DNA from: Phoronis australis
Taxonomy: Eukaryota > Animalia > Phoronida
Reading direction: 5' to 3'
NCBI GenBank assembly: GCA_002633005.1
Contig: NMRA01000456.1
Span: forward strand, 125,147 to 189,146
DNA length: 64,000 bases
The notes under the pieces were generated by a model. It did no database searches. It was not told where the DNA came from and saw only the letters and a list, made by a program, of their open reading frames with translations. A program made the position numbers and the translations under genes. This document shows positions 63,662-64,000 of the stretch, piece after piece (position 1 is the first letter of the stretch; the number at the start of each line of letters is the position of its first letter).

Positions 63662-64000
63662 TAAGTGACACGGTCTCCCGGGCACAACCGAGTCACAGAC
63701 TGCAACCTCGACATAGCAATGAGTACAGAAGCCTCAGATACCAAATGTTTGAAATTACATGGGGACTGGAATTTAGTATAAGATTATAAAATGTACTAAT
63801 GCATCATTGGCGTCAATCGAGAAAGATAAAAGCAGGAATCAACTAAAAACTCATACTCCCTATTTCACAAATTGGACATCAAAGTCCTTGGTGGGTGGTC
63901 ATTTTCCACACTTGCCGTGTAATTCGCTAAAAGTGGAGGTCATGCTTGCCCTTTCAGCAAACTTTGAAAGCAGTTTTCAAATTTCCCTCCAAACTTTTGA

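Overview
Intron-rich, AT-rich eukaryotic (animal, invertebrate-like; lineage is inferred only) genomic DNA with three spliced protein-coding genes. I rebuilt each gene exon by exon with consistent GT-AG phases. (1) A complete ULK1/2-Atg1 kinase gene on the minus strand, 21 coding exons, 19323->318, about 915 aa. (2) A complete AKAP1/spoonbill-like gene (mitochondrial anchor, KH and Tudor domains) on the plus strand, 7 coding exons, 22578->29929, about 604 aa, head-to-head with ULK across less than 0.7 kb. (3) A 5'-incomplete K-Cl cotransporter (SLC12A4-7/KCC) on the minus strand, 23-24 exons, about 60368->36902, with four U12-type (minor spliceosome) introns. Introns hold MITEs, LINE, Penelope and SINE remnants and many short tandem arrays. 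The most unusual pattern is a set of 40-53 bp tandem arrays whose first unit contains a functional signal (stop codon, 5' splice site or U12 branch point) and whose further copies carry decoy or crippled versions of it. No CRISPR array, rRNA or intact tRNA was found.
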